A stretch of DNA of 64,000 nucleotides from an uncultured Clostridium sp. (GTDB taxonomy: Bacteria; Bacillota; Clostridia; TANB77; CAG-508), in the NCBI GenBank assembly GCA_948467495.1, contig CAOKEO010000003.1:9602-73601 (forward strand), given 5' to 3'. The notes under the pieces are model-generated. The model made no database searches. It saw only the letters and a list, made by a program, of their open reading frames with translations, and had not been told where the DNA came from. This document shows, piece after piece, positions 1 to 10,430 of the stretch (its first letter is position 1; each line of letters opens with the position of its first letter). A program made the position numbers and the translations under genes.

Positions 1-1631
1 TCATAATTTTCTTTGATAGCTAACACGATATTTGATTTATAATTTTGATACCTTCTTCCTGACCAATATACATCTCCATCTACTAGATAAACATAATCTT
101 TCAGTAAATCTAGTAAGTTTCCTTCCAAATTATATCTCTTTTTAAAATCATAATAATTTTGTGTAAACATATCCCATCCTCCCATCACTCTCAAATTGGA
201 AAATGCTGATTTGGGTGGCATTTGATATACAGAATAGGCTAAATATCTAAATTGTAAAGAAGGAACCGTATATAGGTACACATTTTCTTTATGATGATTG
301 GTATAATTGATTACCTTTTGACAACTCTCATAATCTTCTAACTGATAATCATAATTATAATGATTTCCTACTAACATGCACAACCATGTTATCATGAAAA
401 CAATAATCGTGCAATTTTTAATATTGTCTTTTATTTCATGATTATCTTTTATTTTTAAATGATACATAATGAGTGCTGTTCCTAATATATATTCAGGAAT
501 CACTACCCTTAACATACTTCTATTCATTACAATAAATAATACATTAATTGCCACAGTAGTAACAAATATTAATAGACTATACTTTGCTTTCCTTTCTTGA
601 AATAGACTTGTGATAAAGATAGCGGTAAATACAATGGTTATATACGTATTTTCATTCATGCATTGTGATAAAAAACTTTTCTTTATCTTGGAAAGATTCG
701 TACTAAAATAATTTTTACCATCTTTCTGAATTTTAGCATCTAAGATTTTTTCTAGATTTTCTTTGGAATATATATTCTCGTCACCAAAATTAAAGGTATA
801 AAACATATAATGGTCATTTTGAGACCATCCGACTTCATCGAAAATCTCTTTATTTTCTTCATAGTCTACATAGATTAAATCCTGTAAAGTAGTTCGAATC
901 TCATTGTATTCTATGTATTCTTTATACACAGAATCTGTCTGATATAGCATGCTATTGGATAGATATACTATGGTTGTAATGATAAGATATACGAAATAAT
1001 ATTGTAACATTTTTATTAGTTGAGTTTTTTCTAATTTCTTACGTTTATATCCTATCACAAATAAGATGAAATAGATTATCATAAATGGTACGATAATAAG
1101 TAGTGATTGCATTCTTGTCATAATTCCTAGAGTATATAATACAAATAGCAATACCTTCTCTTTTGTTTTTATCTGTTCTTTCTTTTCTAATTTATCTATA
1201 AGAACTATAAAAGATGTTAATATTAGTAAAGCTGCTACAGACGTGTATTGAATTAGCATTAATAAAGCTGTATAAAATACGCCTGCAAATATAGTGTACA
1301 GTATAACAGATATGCCATTGTTATGCTTTTTTAATATGGTATAGCCAATTACTGTAAAACAAATAAATTGCATACTTAATAGAAAAATACTGTGCCAATT
1401 TATCATTGGTACAATTCTAAATAATAGGCTAATGATAAAACATATAAGTGGATGTATATATATGCCATGTGGATTATAGGTTCCATCTAATCCAGAGTAT
1501 AAGTGATAGATGATGAAATCATCTACTTGTTCATATTTTATATCAAATAGGATATTGGTTATTCCAAATAGGATTAAGTTAATAAAAATTACCATTACTA
1601 ATTTACTAACTTTTTCTTTTTTTAATTTCAT
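1..1631 (-). CDS. polytopic membrane protein, 3' end cut by window edge (possibly a glycosyltransferase/polymerase-type envelope protein)
   Basis: Minus-strand frame open from ATG 1631..1629 (GGAG 8 nt upstream) to position 1. My translation MKLKKEKVSKLVMVIFINLILFG... is mostly hydrophobic helices. Absent from the ORF track because no stop lies in the window. Confidence 0.5.
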   Translation of the reverse strand, partial: MKLKKEKVSKLVMVIFINLILFGITNILFDIKYEQVDDFIIYHLYSGLDGTYNPHGIYIHPLICFIISLLFRIVPMINWHSIFLLSMQFICFTVIGYTILKKHNNGISVILYTIFAGVFYTALLMLIQYTSVAALLILTSFIVLIDKLEKKEQIKTKEKVLLFVLYTLGIMTRMQSLLIIVPFMIIYFILFVIGYKRKKLEKTQLIKMLQYYFVYLIITTIVYLSNSMLYQTDSVYKEYIEYNEIRTTLQDLIYVDYEENKEIFDEVGWSQNDHYMFYTFNFGDENIYSKENLEKILDAKIQKDGKNYFSTNLSKIKKSFLSQCMNENTYITIVFTAIFITSLFQERKAKYSLLIFVTTVAINVLFIVMNRSMLRVVIPEYILGTALIMYHLKIKDNHEIKDNIKNCTIIVFMITWLCMLVGNHYNYDYQLEDYESCQKVINYTNHHKENVYLYTVPSLQFRYLAYSVYQMPPKSAFSNLRVMGGWDMFTQNYYDFKKRYNLEGNLLDLLKDYVYLVDGDVYWSGRRYQNYKSNIVLAIKENY

Positions 1632-1648
1632 TCTTTACTCCTATCTTG

Positions 1649-2662
1649 CTATTTTTTATTTTCTTTTATATGTTTCAGAAATGCTTGCAAGCCTTCTACC
1701 ACATCATGATAAGTAGTATCAAAGTCACCTGTGTACCAGGGGTCTGCAATATTTCTTGGATTGGCAGAAAAATCTAAAAGTTTACAAACTTTATTTTTAC
1801 TATCTTTTCCTACTATTCTTTTTATATCTTCTATATTTCGTTCTTCCATACCAATGATATAATCAAATTTATCATAGTCTTGTTTCGTTATTCTTTTAGC
1901 TCTATGGTTTCCACATGGTATATTCATTTCTTCTAATTTATTTCTCGTACCACAATGAACAGGATTTCCTATTTCTTCACTACTGGTTGCTGCTGAGTCA
2001 ATGTAAAATTGTTCTTTTAACCCTTCCTTTTTTACCATGTCTTTGCATACATATTCTGCCATTGGTGACCTACATATATTCCCATAACATACAAATAATA
2101 TTTTTATCATGTTTCTCTCCTTTTTTATTTGATTGGCATATATATCCTCCTCCGAAAAAACACAGCCGCAATATTTCTGCCTATACAAACCTAACTCTCT
2201 CGCTTTTGCTTGTCCTTGACGAAAACCAATTCTAAAATCTCGGTACAAGAATTTTATGCCATACTTTTTCGCCATTTGTTCTGCCACTTGAATTAACATC
2301 TCATGCTTTTGATAAGGGCTAACCAACAATGTAGTCGAAAAGCTATCATATCCATTTTCTTTAGCATATTTGGCAGTCTGTTCTAAACGAACAGGATAGC
2401 AATACTCTTGGCATCGATTTTCCAAATTCTTTACTACATTTTTACAAAAATCTCTTAGTCCATAATTTTCTTCAAAAATAGCTTGAACTCCTATATTACT
2501 TGTATATTCTTTTAGGCAATCTCTTCTAGCTTTGTATTCCATGTATGGATGTATGTTGGGGTTAAACCAATAAACAGTTGGCTCAATTCCTTCTTCTCTC
2601 AAAGTATCAATACAATATACACTACAAGGTGCACAACATGTATGTAATAATAACTTCATCAT
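1649..2662 (-). CDS. queH: epoxyqueuosine reductase QueH (DUF208) fused in frame to a low-molecular-weight protein-tyrosine phosphatase
   Basis: N-terminal half has HTCCAPCS and YCGC motifs typical of QueH. C-terminal 153 aa begins MIKILFVCYGNICRSPMAE (CX5R P-loop of LMW-PTP). No stop separates the two parts. Confidence 0.75.
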   Translation of the reverse strand: MMKLLLHTCCAPCSVYCIDTLREEGIEPTVYWFNPNIHPYMEYKARRDCLKEYTSNIGVQAIFEENYGLRDFCKNVVKNLENRCQEYCYPVRLEQTAKYAKENGYDSFSTTLLVSPYQKHEMLIQVAEQMAKKYGIKFLYRDFRIGFRQGQAKARELGLYRQKYCGCVFSEEDIYANQIKKERNMIKILFVCYGNICRSPMAEYVCKDMVKKEGLKEQFYIDSAATSSEEIGNPVHCGTRNKLEEMNIPCGNHRAKRITKQDYDKFDYIIGMEERNIEDIKRIVGKDSKNKVCKLLDFSANPRNIADPWYTGDFDTTYHDVVEGLQAFLKHIKENKK

Positions 2663-2738
2663 TTTTTCCTCCGTCTCTAAAGGTATTACTTACCAGTAAA
2701 CTGGCTTAATGCTATCACAACTAAGGCATCCCCCAAAA

Positions 2739-3746
2739 TCATTCTTGTGGCATGTCATATCCCAAATGCTGATAAGCTGGTGGCAAAGCTTGTCTTCCTC
2801 GTAAAGTTCTTGCCATAAAACCAATTTGAATTAAGTAGGGTTCATACACATCTTCTATGGTATCCATTTCTTCTCCCACACTTACTGCTAAAGCTTCTAT
2901 TCCAACAGGTCTACCGCCATACTGAATAATTATCGTTTCTAGTATTTTTCTATCTATTTCATCTAAACCAAGTTCATCAATTTCCAATTGATTTAAAGCA
3001 TGCTTCGTGATTTTTAAAGTAATATCTCCATCTCCTAAAACAATAGCATAATCTCTTACTCTTTTTAATAATCGATTCGCGATTCTTGGTGTTCCTCTTG
3101 ACCTTCTAGCTATCTCTTTAGCTGCTTCTTCTTCGATTTTTACTTCTAAAATTTTGCTTGACCTTTTCACAATGGTTATTAAATCTTCTATCGAATACAA
3201 TTCTAAGCGATGAACAATACCAAAGCGGTCACGTAATGGCGTGGATAAAGCTCCTGCTTTTGTGGTTGCACCAATTAGAGTAAACTTTGGTAAATCTAAT
3301 CGAATTGACCTCGCACTTGGTCCTTTTCCAATCATAATGTCTAACGTATAATCCTCTAAAGCAGGATATAATATTTCCTCTACACTCTTGCTTAATCGAT
3401 GTATTTCATCAATAAATAATACATCAAATTCAGAAAGATTGGTTAGTAAAGAAGCTAAATCTCCTGGTTTTTCAATCGCTGGTCCAGAAGTGATTTTGAT
3501 GTTAGAATTCATTTCATTGGATATGATATTAGATAAAGTCGTTTTTCCTAGCCCTGGAGGTCCATATAGTAAAACATGATCTAATGGCTCCCCTCTTTTT
3601 TGGGCAGCTTCTATGTATATTTTCATATTTTCCTTGACTTTGTTTTGTCCAATATACTCATCTAATGTCTTGGGTCTTAAGGAATTTTCTAATCTTTCTT
3701 CTGCTTGTCCTTCCATTTCTGGACTTACAATTCTTTCTTCTTCCAT
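2739..3746 (-). CDS. ruvB: Holliday junction branch migration helicase RuvB
   Basis: 335 aa with [21 protein letters not shown] Walker A and DEIHRL Walker B. Confidence 0.97.
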   Translation of the reverse strand: MEEERIVSPEMEGQAEERLENSLRPKTLDEYIGQNKVKENMKIYIEAAQKRGEPLDHVLLYGPPGLGKTTLSNIISNEMNSNIKITSGPAIEKPGDLASLLTNLSEFDVLFIDEIHRLSKSVEEILYPALEDYTLDIMIGKGPSARSIRLDLPKFTLIGATTKAGALSTPLRDRFGIVHRLELYSIEDLITIVKRSSKILEVKIEEEAAKEIARRSRGTPRIANRLLKRVRDYAIVLGDGDITLKITKHALNQLEIDELGLDEIDRKILETIIIQYGGRPVGIEALAVSVGEEMDTIEDVYEPYLIQIGFMARTLRGRQALPPAYQHLGYDMPQE

Positions 3747-3795
3747 GTAGGTTCATTCTCCTTTCATGAGACATTTCAGACCTGTCCCCCTTGTC

Positions 3796-5676
3796 TCATT
3801 TTAACAAGTTATGAATTGTAACGGAATTCGATATATCCAATTCCTTCTTCATATCTTGATAATACTCCTCTAACAATTTTTCAGTAGCTTTATCCAGTTC
3901 TTCCCCATTTAGCATTTCTCCTGTTTTCCTGTCATACCATTGCTCATCATAATAATAACGACTCGTTATTATTCTTTCATTATTTAAGCACACAAAATCT
4001 TTATTAGCAAAGAAGTTAGTACCTAATGAAAAAGTATCCTCTAAGTTGCACAAATAAGCTAAAGTTGGCTTAATATCCAATTTGTTGATTGGCTTTTCAA
4101 TTTTTATGTGCTTCATTTCTGGAATTTTAAAGCCACAAGCTACTCTGGTATAGTTTAATTTTAAATCTATATCTGTCATATTTGGATTTGTATAATTTAA
4201 AAAATCGATTAATTCTTCATTATACCTATTTAATCCATTATGGTCACCAAATACTAAAATAGCTGTATCATCATATAATCCCGCTTCTTTCAGTTCTTGT
4301 ATTAGAACGCCAAATGCATAATCTGCATAATTCATAGCTTCTAAATAATTTCCAAAATAGGTATCTTTATATTTTCCTACATCAATACTGACTTTACTTT
4401 TATCTTGCAAACCTTCTAAGGTATATGGTGTGTGGGACGATGCTGCTACAATATAGGATAGAAATGGACTATCATAGGTTTTACACTTTTGTACCGCTTG
4501 CCTGTATAGTAATTCATCTGATAAATCACCATTGATATTTTCTGATAAATCCTCAAACTGTTCTTTTAAAACTAATTCATTCAAATGGAATCGTCCATAT
4601 ACATTACCACGATTCCAAAAATAAGGATAATTTCCATGCATATAAGAAGTATGATAATTTTTCTGATTGAAAATTTTAAATAAATCATCATAAGTATTGG
4701 TATAATATTTGCTAAATGACATACCATTTTCCATCGGATAAATAGAAGTTATGGTAGAATGTTCGGAATCTGCTGTTGTAGAATAACTTTGCATATGCAT
4801 ATTGGTAAATTCAATATTTTCTCTTAAAAATTGATTTAAATTTGGCGTGATTTGTTTTCCATTAATTTCTTGATTAACAACAAATTCTTGCACTGATTCG
4901 AGCTGCACAATCATAACATTTTTGTTCTCTAACATGCCTTGTATGGGATACATCTTTTGGCCATATTTGGTATCATATTTTTCTTTTAGCTCATGATAAT
5001 CTTGCAACATACTATCCTGATTTTTGTATTTTGTTTGTTGTTTGATAGTAAGACTATTGGTAAAATCAGCTATATGATAACCAAAAATAGTTGCTTCACG
5101 AATTTGTAGGTCTTTATTATAAGATTTTAATTTTCCCTTTTCGATATAACTAATTCCAACCATTATCAAAATTCCTATGCCAACCATTCCTGTGATAGCT
5201 TTACCAATCACTTGTCTCTTTGTAGCCTTTTCTTTCTTTTCCCACTTTATGATTTTTCCAAGTCCCAAACCAATGAAAACAATGATATCTAAAAAATACA
5301 AAATCTGTTTAAATTGCATGACCATAGGCAAAGTATCGGCTATTTCTTCTCCATATTGAAGATTCGTAAACTGTGCAACAGAAATTACACTATTAGAAAA
5401 AACATAATATACATGGTCACCAAACAGTAAAAGACTAACCAAAAAATTTACCAAAATGGATAATGTAATTCTCATTCGATTTGGTAAAATGCTAAGGAAA
5501 CATACCATAACGAGAATAAAACAAACCGTTCCCACCATGGTTTCTATTTCTATTGGTTCATTAATCGCTATTGTATTATGATAAAATAAAAATGTCTTAC
5601 CTAGCAATAAACCTCCTATTAAAATGACAAACCATACAGAATTAAATACTTTATTGATAATTTCTTTATTTGCCAC
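3796..5676 (-). CDS. LTA synthase family protein (membrane-anchored sulfatase/phosphoglycerol transferase)
   Basis: 626 aa. N-terminal multi-TM region followed by an extracellular sulfatase-like domain (LESVQEF, HTPY, FGDH). Confidence 0.8.
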   Translation of the reverse strand: MANKEIINKVFNSVWFVILIGGLLLGKTFLFYHNTIAINEPIEIETMVGTVCFILVMVCFLSILPNRMRITLSILVNFLVSLLLFGDHVYYVFSNSVISVAQFTNLQYGEEIADTLPMVMQFKQILYFLDIIVFIGLGLGKIIKWEKKEKATKRQVIGKAITGMVGIGILIMVGISYIEKGKLKSYNKDLQIREATIFGYHIADFTNSLTIKQQTKYKNQDSMLQDYHELKEKYDTKYGQKMYPIQGMLENKNVMIVQLESVQEFVVNQEINGKQITPNLNQFLRENIEFTNMHMQSYSTTADSEHSTITSIYPMENGMSFSKYYTNTYDDLFKIFNQKNYHTSYMHGNYPYFWNRGNVYGRFHLNELVLKEQFEDLSENINGDLSDELLYRQAVQKCKTYDSPFLSYIVAASSHTPYTLEGLQDKSKVSIDVGKYKDTYFGNYLEAMNYADYAFGVLIQELKEAGLYDDTAILVFGDHNGLNRYNEELIDFLNYTNPNMTDIDLKLNYTRVACGFKIPEMKHIKIEKPINKLDIKPTLAYLCNLEDTFSLGTNFFANKDFVCLNNERIITSRYYYDEQWYDRKTGEMLNGEELDKATEKLLEEYYQDMKKELDISNSVTIHNLLK

Positions 5677-5846
5677 AACATTTGCTCCTTTTTAATTGAT
5701 AAAACTTACGATTGCCAATAGGGGCATACTTCTTTGGCAATTTCTAATTTTATAATTTTCTACTGATTATTTATATATTTAATAATTATTTTTACAATTT
5801 ATATAAATTGCCAAAAAAGTCTGACCCTATTGGCAATTTTAGAACC

Positions 5847-6326
5847 TCAACAATTTTCTATAAAATCTTCTATTATCTTCAACATTTTATCATGATTTTG
5901 TTCATACTTCTTTGGTTGAAAATCTTTTATTTGTCCTATTGCTTGTTCTAATCCTTCTACACCTTCCACGCCAATAATATAGCCCTTCTGATTAAACAGT
6001 TCTACAATTTCCTTTTGATGGTCATTTACATGCTCATTGTATTGATGTAAGCGAGGAACTGCTATCACTTTTTTATTTTTTGTAATGGATAATAAAATAG
6101 AACCTACTCCTCCATGTGTAATAATGAAATCCGCTTCGTTTTGTAACTTTTCTAATTCCTGTTTCGAAATCAATCCTAACATCTTCATATTGTTTGATGT
6201 ATATTGGGTATAGCCAGCTTGTACAATCACTTCTTCTTTGATGATTCCACTTTCTATGAATCGTTCGATTTCTTCTAATAAGCGGTGAAAACTATTATTT
6301 TGTGTACCTAATAATACTAAAATCAT
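5847..6326 (-). CDS. glycosyltransferase subunit, Alg13/PssE/Cps14G-like (GT28 C-terminal domain)
   Basis: MILVLLGTQNNSFHRLL... and THGGVGS motif. Start trimmed to ATG 6326, which overlaps the upstream stop as TAATG. Confidence 0.7.
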   Translation of the reverse strand: MILVLLGTQNNSFHRLLEEIERFIESGIIKEEVIVQAGYTQYTSNNMKMLGLISKQELEKLQNEADFIITHGGVGSILLSITKNKKVIAVPRLHQYNEHVNDHQKEIVELFNQKGYIIGVEGVEGLEQAIGQIKDFQPKKYEQNHDKMLKIIEDFIENC

Positions 6327-6799
6327 TAATAAATTGAACCTCCATATACTGCTTTTGGATATATTGCAAGCATTTCCTCCCATTGCACAATAAACAAATC
6401 AGCTATGGGATAAATCAGTCTTCCTGTTGCTGTTTTGCGATGGGTATTGGCAAATGTCTCAATATAAACTATTTTGCTTCCGAAAATTTTGCCTAAATAA
6501 CACATTGGTCCAGCTGTATGCGTTCCTGTGGTTACAATCACTTTTGGATGTATTTTAAAATAAAGGTAAACTGTTTTGAAACAAAGATACCAATATTTAA
6601 AAATATAGGTAAATAGCTTTGCCCTAGTTCCATACGGTAAAAAATACAGTCTATTTCCATACTTTTCTTTTAGGTTTTCATTTGCTTTGTCTTTTTCTGT
6701 TATAATATGATAATCATATTTTTCAAATAGCGATGATAATTGCATCAATTCATTTAAATGTCCACCTGTACTTGCTATAAATAACACTTTCTTTTTCAT
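6326..6799 (-). CDS. glycosyltransferase subunit, Alg14/PssD/Cps14F-like
   Basis: MKKKVLFIASTGGHLNELMQL is typical of Alg14-like partners. Translationally coupled to the Alg13-like gene. Confidence 0.7.
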   Translation of the reverse strand: MKKKVLFIASTGGHLNELMQLSSLFEKYDYHIITEKDKANENLKEKYGNRLYFLPYGTRAKLFTYIFKYWYLCFKTVYLYFKIHPKVIVTTGTHTAGPMCYLGKIFGSKIVYIETFANTHRKTATGRLIYPIADLFIVQWEEMLAIYPKAVYGGSIY

Positions 6800-6931
6800 T
6801 TTATTTTTCTTTCCTTTTTTGATAACTTAAAGTCTAATCTATTATTTTTGTAACACTGCGTAAGCGACCATTCACTGCATACTGCCACAGATTTATTATA
6901 TCTTTTTTTGGGCATCTTGTCTAGTAATTTT

Positions 6932-8455
6932 CTAAATCCCAACATATTCTTCTAAACAAAATCCAGTATTTTTAATCTCAGTTGCCACTTTATTTCCCAC
7001 ATATCGAATATGCCATGGCTCATAAACATATCCCGTCTTTTCTTCTTTATTTTCTGGATATCGGATAATAAATCCAAAATCGTAACAATTCTCTGCTAGC
7101 CATTTAGCTTCTGCTGTCTCTTTAAAATCCCATCTTGTGCTATTAACATCAAAAGCAAGTCCTGTTTGATGTTCTGATTGTCCTGGTTTAGCAGAAAAGG
7201 AATTAGCTACTTCCTCTCCATATAATCTTAAATTTCTTTGATAAATAGATTGTTGCGTTTGAAAAGATCGATATCCTGAAACTATTTTTAACGAAATTCC
7301 CTCTTGTCTTGCTTTTAATTTCATATTATCAAAAGCTTGTAAAGCTTCTGGACTAGTACCTGGGTCATAATGGCTTGGTAATGGATAATTCTTATTAACA
7401 ATTAGCACTCCATTTTTATAATTATCTAATATCGTTGCACTTACTTGACTTTCATCATTTTGAATTCGAACTGTATCTAAACCTATGACTTCTTTTTCTC
7501 CTTCTGACTGCGATTTTTCTTCTTCTGTTGGCATTTCTCCTACTTCTGTTTTTTCTTTTACTGTCACTTTCACTGTCTTTTTAACATTTCCTTGTTCAGC
7601 TTCTATTTCAAATTCTGTACTTCCTACTTCAATGGCATGTATTACTCCATTTTCCTTCACTTGAATAATACTTTCTCCTTTTAAATCTTCTATATGTATC
7701 ATTTTAGTAGTCGCATTGGTAGGTTTTATTTCTATTTGCATTTGATACAATTCATCTTTAAAAATTTCTATTTCCTCTTCCTCTACCTTTATTTCTTGAA
7801 TTGGTACATATACCAGAATATATTTTTCGTATTCTTCTCTTAAAACTAGTGTTATATTATCTTCATGAATTTCTTTTGTTTCTATGTATTCAATCTTCTT
7901 GTCTTCTGCTTTTATTCCATAGATATCAACTTTATTTAGGCCTTTTAATAATTCATTCGTATTCAATTCTATTTGTTCTAAAAGATGATATGGTTGTACT
8001 TTTGATACATCAATCTCTAAAATATCTTGGTTTTCCCATTCTTGATACTGACTTACTTTATTTTCAATTTGTATAGCAAACTTATTACTCGCCTCTAATT
8101 TTTCTGTGTCTAATTTTACTTTATATTTATCATAATTGACTTCTATGTATTTATTATTTTCTCTTAAATTTTCAATTGTTTCATTCCATAAATTCACTCT
8201 TTTTACTGGTTCCCATTCTATTTTGGGATTATTACTTTGTATTACTTTTTGATGATAACTCCATTTTCTATAATAGGAATAACCTAAAAATGCTATTATT
8301 ATGAATAAAATTAACATTATCATACAAGCAATTACTTTTATTCTTTTTTGGTTTTTAATCTTAGCCTTTTTGTTCTTTTTCATTTTTTTGGCTCTTTGTT
8401 GTCTTATTTCTTCTTCTATTTTTTTCATTTCTTCTATTTCTTCTTCAAATACCAT
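6932..8455 (-). CDS. membrane-anchored D-alanyl-D-alanine carboxypeptidase, VanY/peptidase M15B family, with Ig-like (Big_2-like) segment
   Basis: C-terminus has SGYRSFQTQ, SEHQTGLAFD and EPWHIRYVG (M15B zinc ligands). N-terminal TM helix. Confidence 0.8.
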   Translation of the reverse strand: MVFEEEIEEMKKIEEEIRQQRAKKMKKNKKAKIKNQKRIKVIACMIMLILFIIIAFLGYSYYRKWSYHQKVIQSNNPKIEWEPVKRVNLWNETIENLRENNKYIEVNYDKYKVKLDTEKLEASNKFAIQIENKVSQYQEWENQDILEIDVSKVQPYHLLEQIELNTNELLKGLNKVDIYGIKAEDKKIEYIETKEIHEDNITLVLREEYEKYILVYVPIQEIKVEEEEIEIFKDELYQMQIEIKPTNATTKMIHIEDLKGESIIQVKENGVIHAIEVGSTEFEIEAEQGNVKKTVKVTVKEKTEVGEMPTEEEKSQSEGEKEVIGLDTVRIQNDESQVSATILDNYKNGVLIVNKNYPLPSHYDPGTSPEALQAFDNMKLKARQEGISLKIVSGYRSFQTQQSIYQRNLRLYGEEVANSFSAKPGQSEHQTGLAFDVNSTRWDFKETAEAKWLAENCYDFGFIIRYPENKEEKTGYVYEPWHIRYVGNKVATEIKNTGFCLEEYVGI

Positions 8456-8621
8456 TTTTCTACCTCATTTCACTTATTATTTTAATATATATTTGATAAA
8501 AAAGAAATAGCCTTCCTAAACTTTTTACTATTTTTTGTAGTATTACTATTTTTCGAAAAAAAACAAAAAAGAACTATTATTTTTCATAAATAATAATTCT
8601 TCTCTTATTTATCTAAATCAA

Positions 8622-9503
8622 TTATGCTCTTGGATGAGCTTTTCTATAAACATTTTTCAAACCTTCATCTTGGAATTGCATATACACCTGTGTAGAAGAA
8701 ATATCAGAATGTCCCAACATATTTTGAATTGCCTTTAAATCTGCCCCATTTTGTAAAAGGTGAGTAGCAAAAGAATGTCTCAAAACATGAGGCGTAATAT
8801 CTTTTGTAATATGAGCTTGTTCTTTATAATATTTGATAATTTTCCAGAATCCTTGTCTTGTCAATCTACTACCATTAATATTAACAAACAAAGCTTCTTC
8901 TTCTGCTGTCTTTACTAAAATATCTCTTGCCTCATCCACATATTCTCTTAATGCTTTTAATGATAAATTACCCAATGGTATATTACGTTGTTTCGAACCA
9001 TGTTTACAAGTCACATATCCTTCTTCTAAGTTTACATCTTCCATATTTAATGAAACAATTTCTGTTACTCTCATACCAGTTGCATAAGCAAACTCAAGCA
9101 TAGCCTTATCACGAATTCCTTTTAAATCAATATCTTTTGGTTGATCTAATAATAATTCCACTTCCTTTGAAGTTAGTACACTTGGAACTCTTTTTTCAAT
9201 TTTTGGTGATTGAATATTTTGGGTTGGATCTACTTTTATTTTCTTATTTTTTAATATAAATTGATAAAATGAACGAATAGAAGCAATACACCTAGATATA
9301 CTAGATGGCTTTTTCCCCTCTTCTTGTAATTCCTTGATATAATCTCTAATATCTTCTTCCTTTACTCTATTGTAATGAAGCTCACATGCTTCAAGATATC
9401 TTTTGAATTGTTTCAAATCTCTTTTATAAGATTGCAATGTGTTTTCTGATAATTTTTTATCATTCTCTAAAAAATCAAAAAAGTATTTTAACTGTCTTTC
9501 CAT
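8622..9503 (-). CDS. xerD: site-specific tyrosine recombinase XerD/XerC
   Basis: 293 aa with ATGMRVTE, HVLRHSFATHLL and GHSDISSTQVY catalytic motifs. Adjacent to spoIIM, as is usual in Clostridia. Confidence 0.85.
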   Translation of the reverse strand: MERQLKYFFDFLENDKKLSENTLQSYKRDLKQFKRYLEACELHYNRVKEEDIRDYIKELQEEGKKPSSISRCIASIRSFYQFILKNKKIKVDPTQNIQSPKIEKRVPSVLTSKEVELLLDQPKDIDLKGIRDKAMLEFAYATGMRVTEIVSLNMEDVNLEEGYVTCKHGSKQRNIPLGNLSLKALREYVDEARDILVKTAEEEALFVNINGSRLTRQGFWKIIKYYKEQAHITKDITPHVLRHSFATHLLQNGADLKAIQNMLGHSDISSTQVYMQFQDEGLKNVYRKAHPRA

Positions 9504-9606
9504 TTATTTCCCCTACCCTTATTATAATTTAAAATAATCTATTAACATAAACTATACATAGTTATATCAAAGAATTTTAAAAATGTAAATAGGTTTTTCA
9601 ATATTT

Positions 9607-10245
9607 TTAAAAATATTTTACCAAAACCTTAAAAAGATTTGTTGATAAAAAGATTTCAATCACAGACGACAAAACCAAAAGCAATAACATAATAAAAGAA
9701 AAAATAGTATGCCTCACTACTTCTATTTTTACATTTTCCTTGTTTCTATCTTTTATAATAGATTTATATAGCTTGAATCCACTAACAGCTAATGCTAGAA
9801 CTGCTGGTATAAACAACAAGTTTTGCAATAAAAGTAAAATCATCACAAACCATATTCCCTGTGGTAATCCTACAACAGTAACACATACTGCAATCGTATA
9901 GCCTAAGCAGAAGCCTCGATATAACACCAATCCAAAAACAACTGGTATTCCTATTACAGTCGTCCCAAAAAACCATAAAATAACAGCTAATAAAATATTT
10001 TGTCCTATGCTATTTTTTAGTAACGCCATATGGTTTAAGCCTTCTGAACTTTTCATTTCCTCTATAAAGCGATTCAAGTAATCGGTAATCTCCAATTTGG
10101 GACTATCTTGCACATTATTCACAAAAAGTACCCCTAAAAATATTCCAATGATGAACAATAGTGACACCATCATATATTCTTTTTTGTTATTCATAACATG
10201 TTCTTTGATAATTTCTAATATCTTTATTGGCTTGCTTCTCTTCAT
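9607..10245 (-). CDS. spoIIM: stage II sporulation protein M
   Basis: Multi-TM protein with SpoIIM-like sequence. Start moved to ATG 10245 (AAGGAG 6 nt upstream). Confidence 0.8.
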   Translation of the reverse strand: MKRSKPIKILEIIKEHVMNNKKEYMMVSLLFIIGIFLGVLFVNNVQDSPKLEITDYLNRFIEEMKSSEGLNHMALLKNSIGQNILLAVILWFFGTTVIGIPVVFGLVLYRGFCLGYTIAVCVTVVGLPQGIWFVMILLLLQNLLFIPAVLALAVSGFKLYKSIIKDRNKENVKIEVVRHTIFSFIMLLLLVLSSVIEIFLSTNLFKVLVKYF

Positions 10246-10430
10246 AAAATTCTCCTTATCTTTATACATAATGTGTATTCGATAAGGAGCTTTTTAGAAC
10301 TCTTTTTTGTACAAGAAGAGTATCCCTTTTTTTCATATTCAGATAATTCATAAAAAACAAATTTTAAAAAAAGTTATTTTATACAAAATAACCTATGTGA
10401 CAAAAAGGGATGTCCCTCTTGTCAAAAAAA

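Noticed and set aside
9782-9976. Alternative-frame ORFs inside spoIIM (9782..9976), alaS (26602..26883) and rplC (55969..56169)
   Set aside because: They are embedded out of frame in well-supported genes and have no independent signals.
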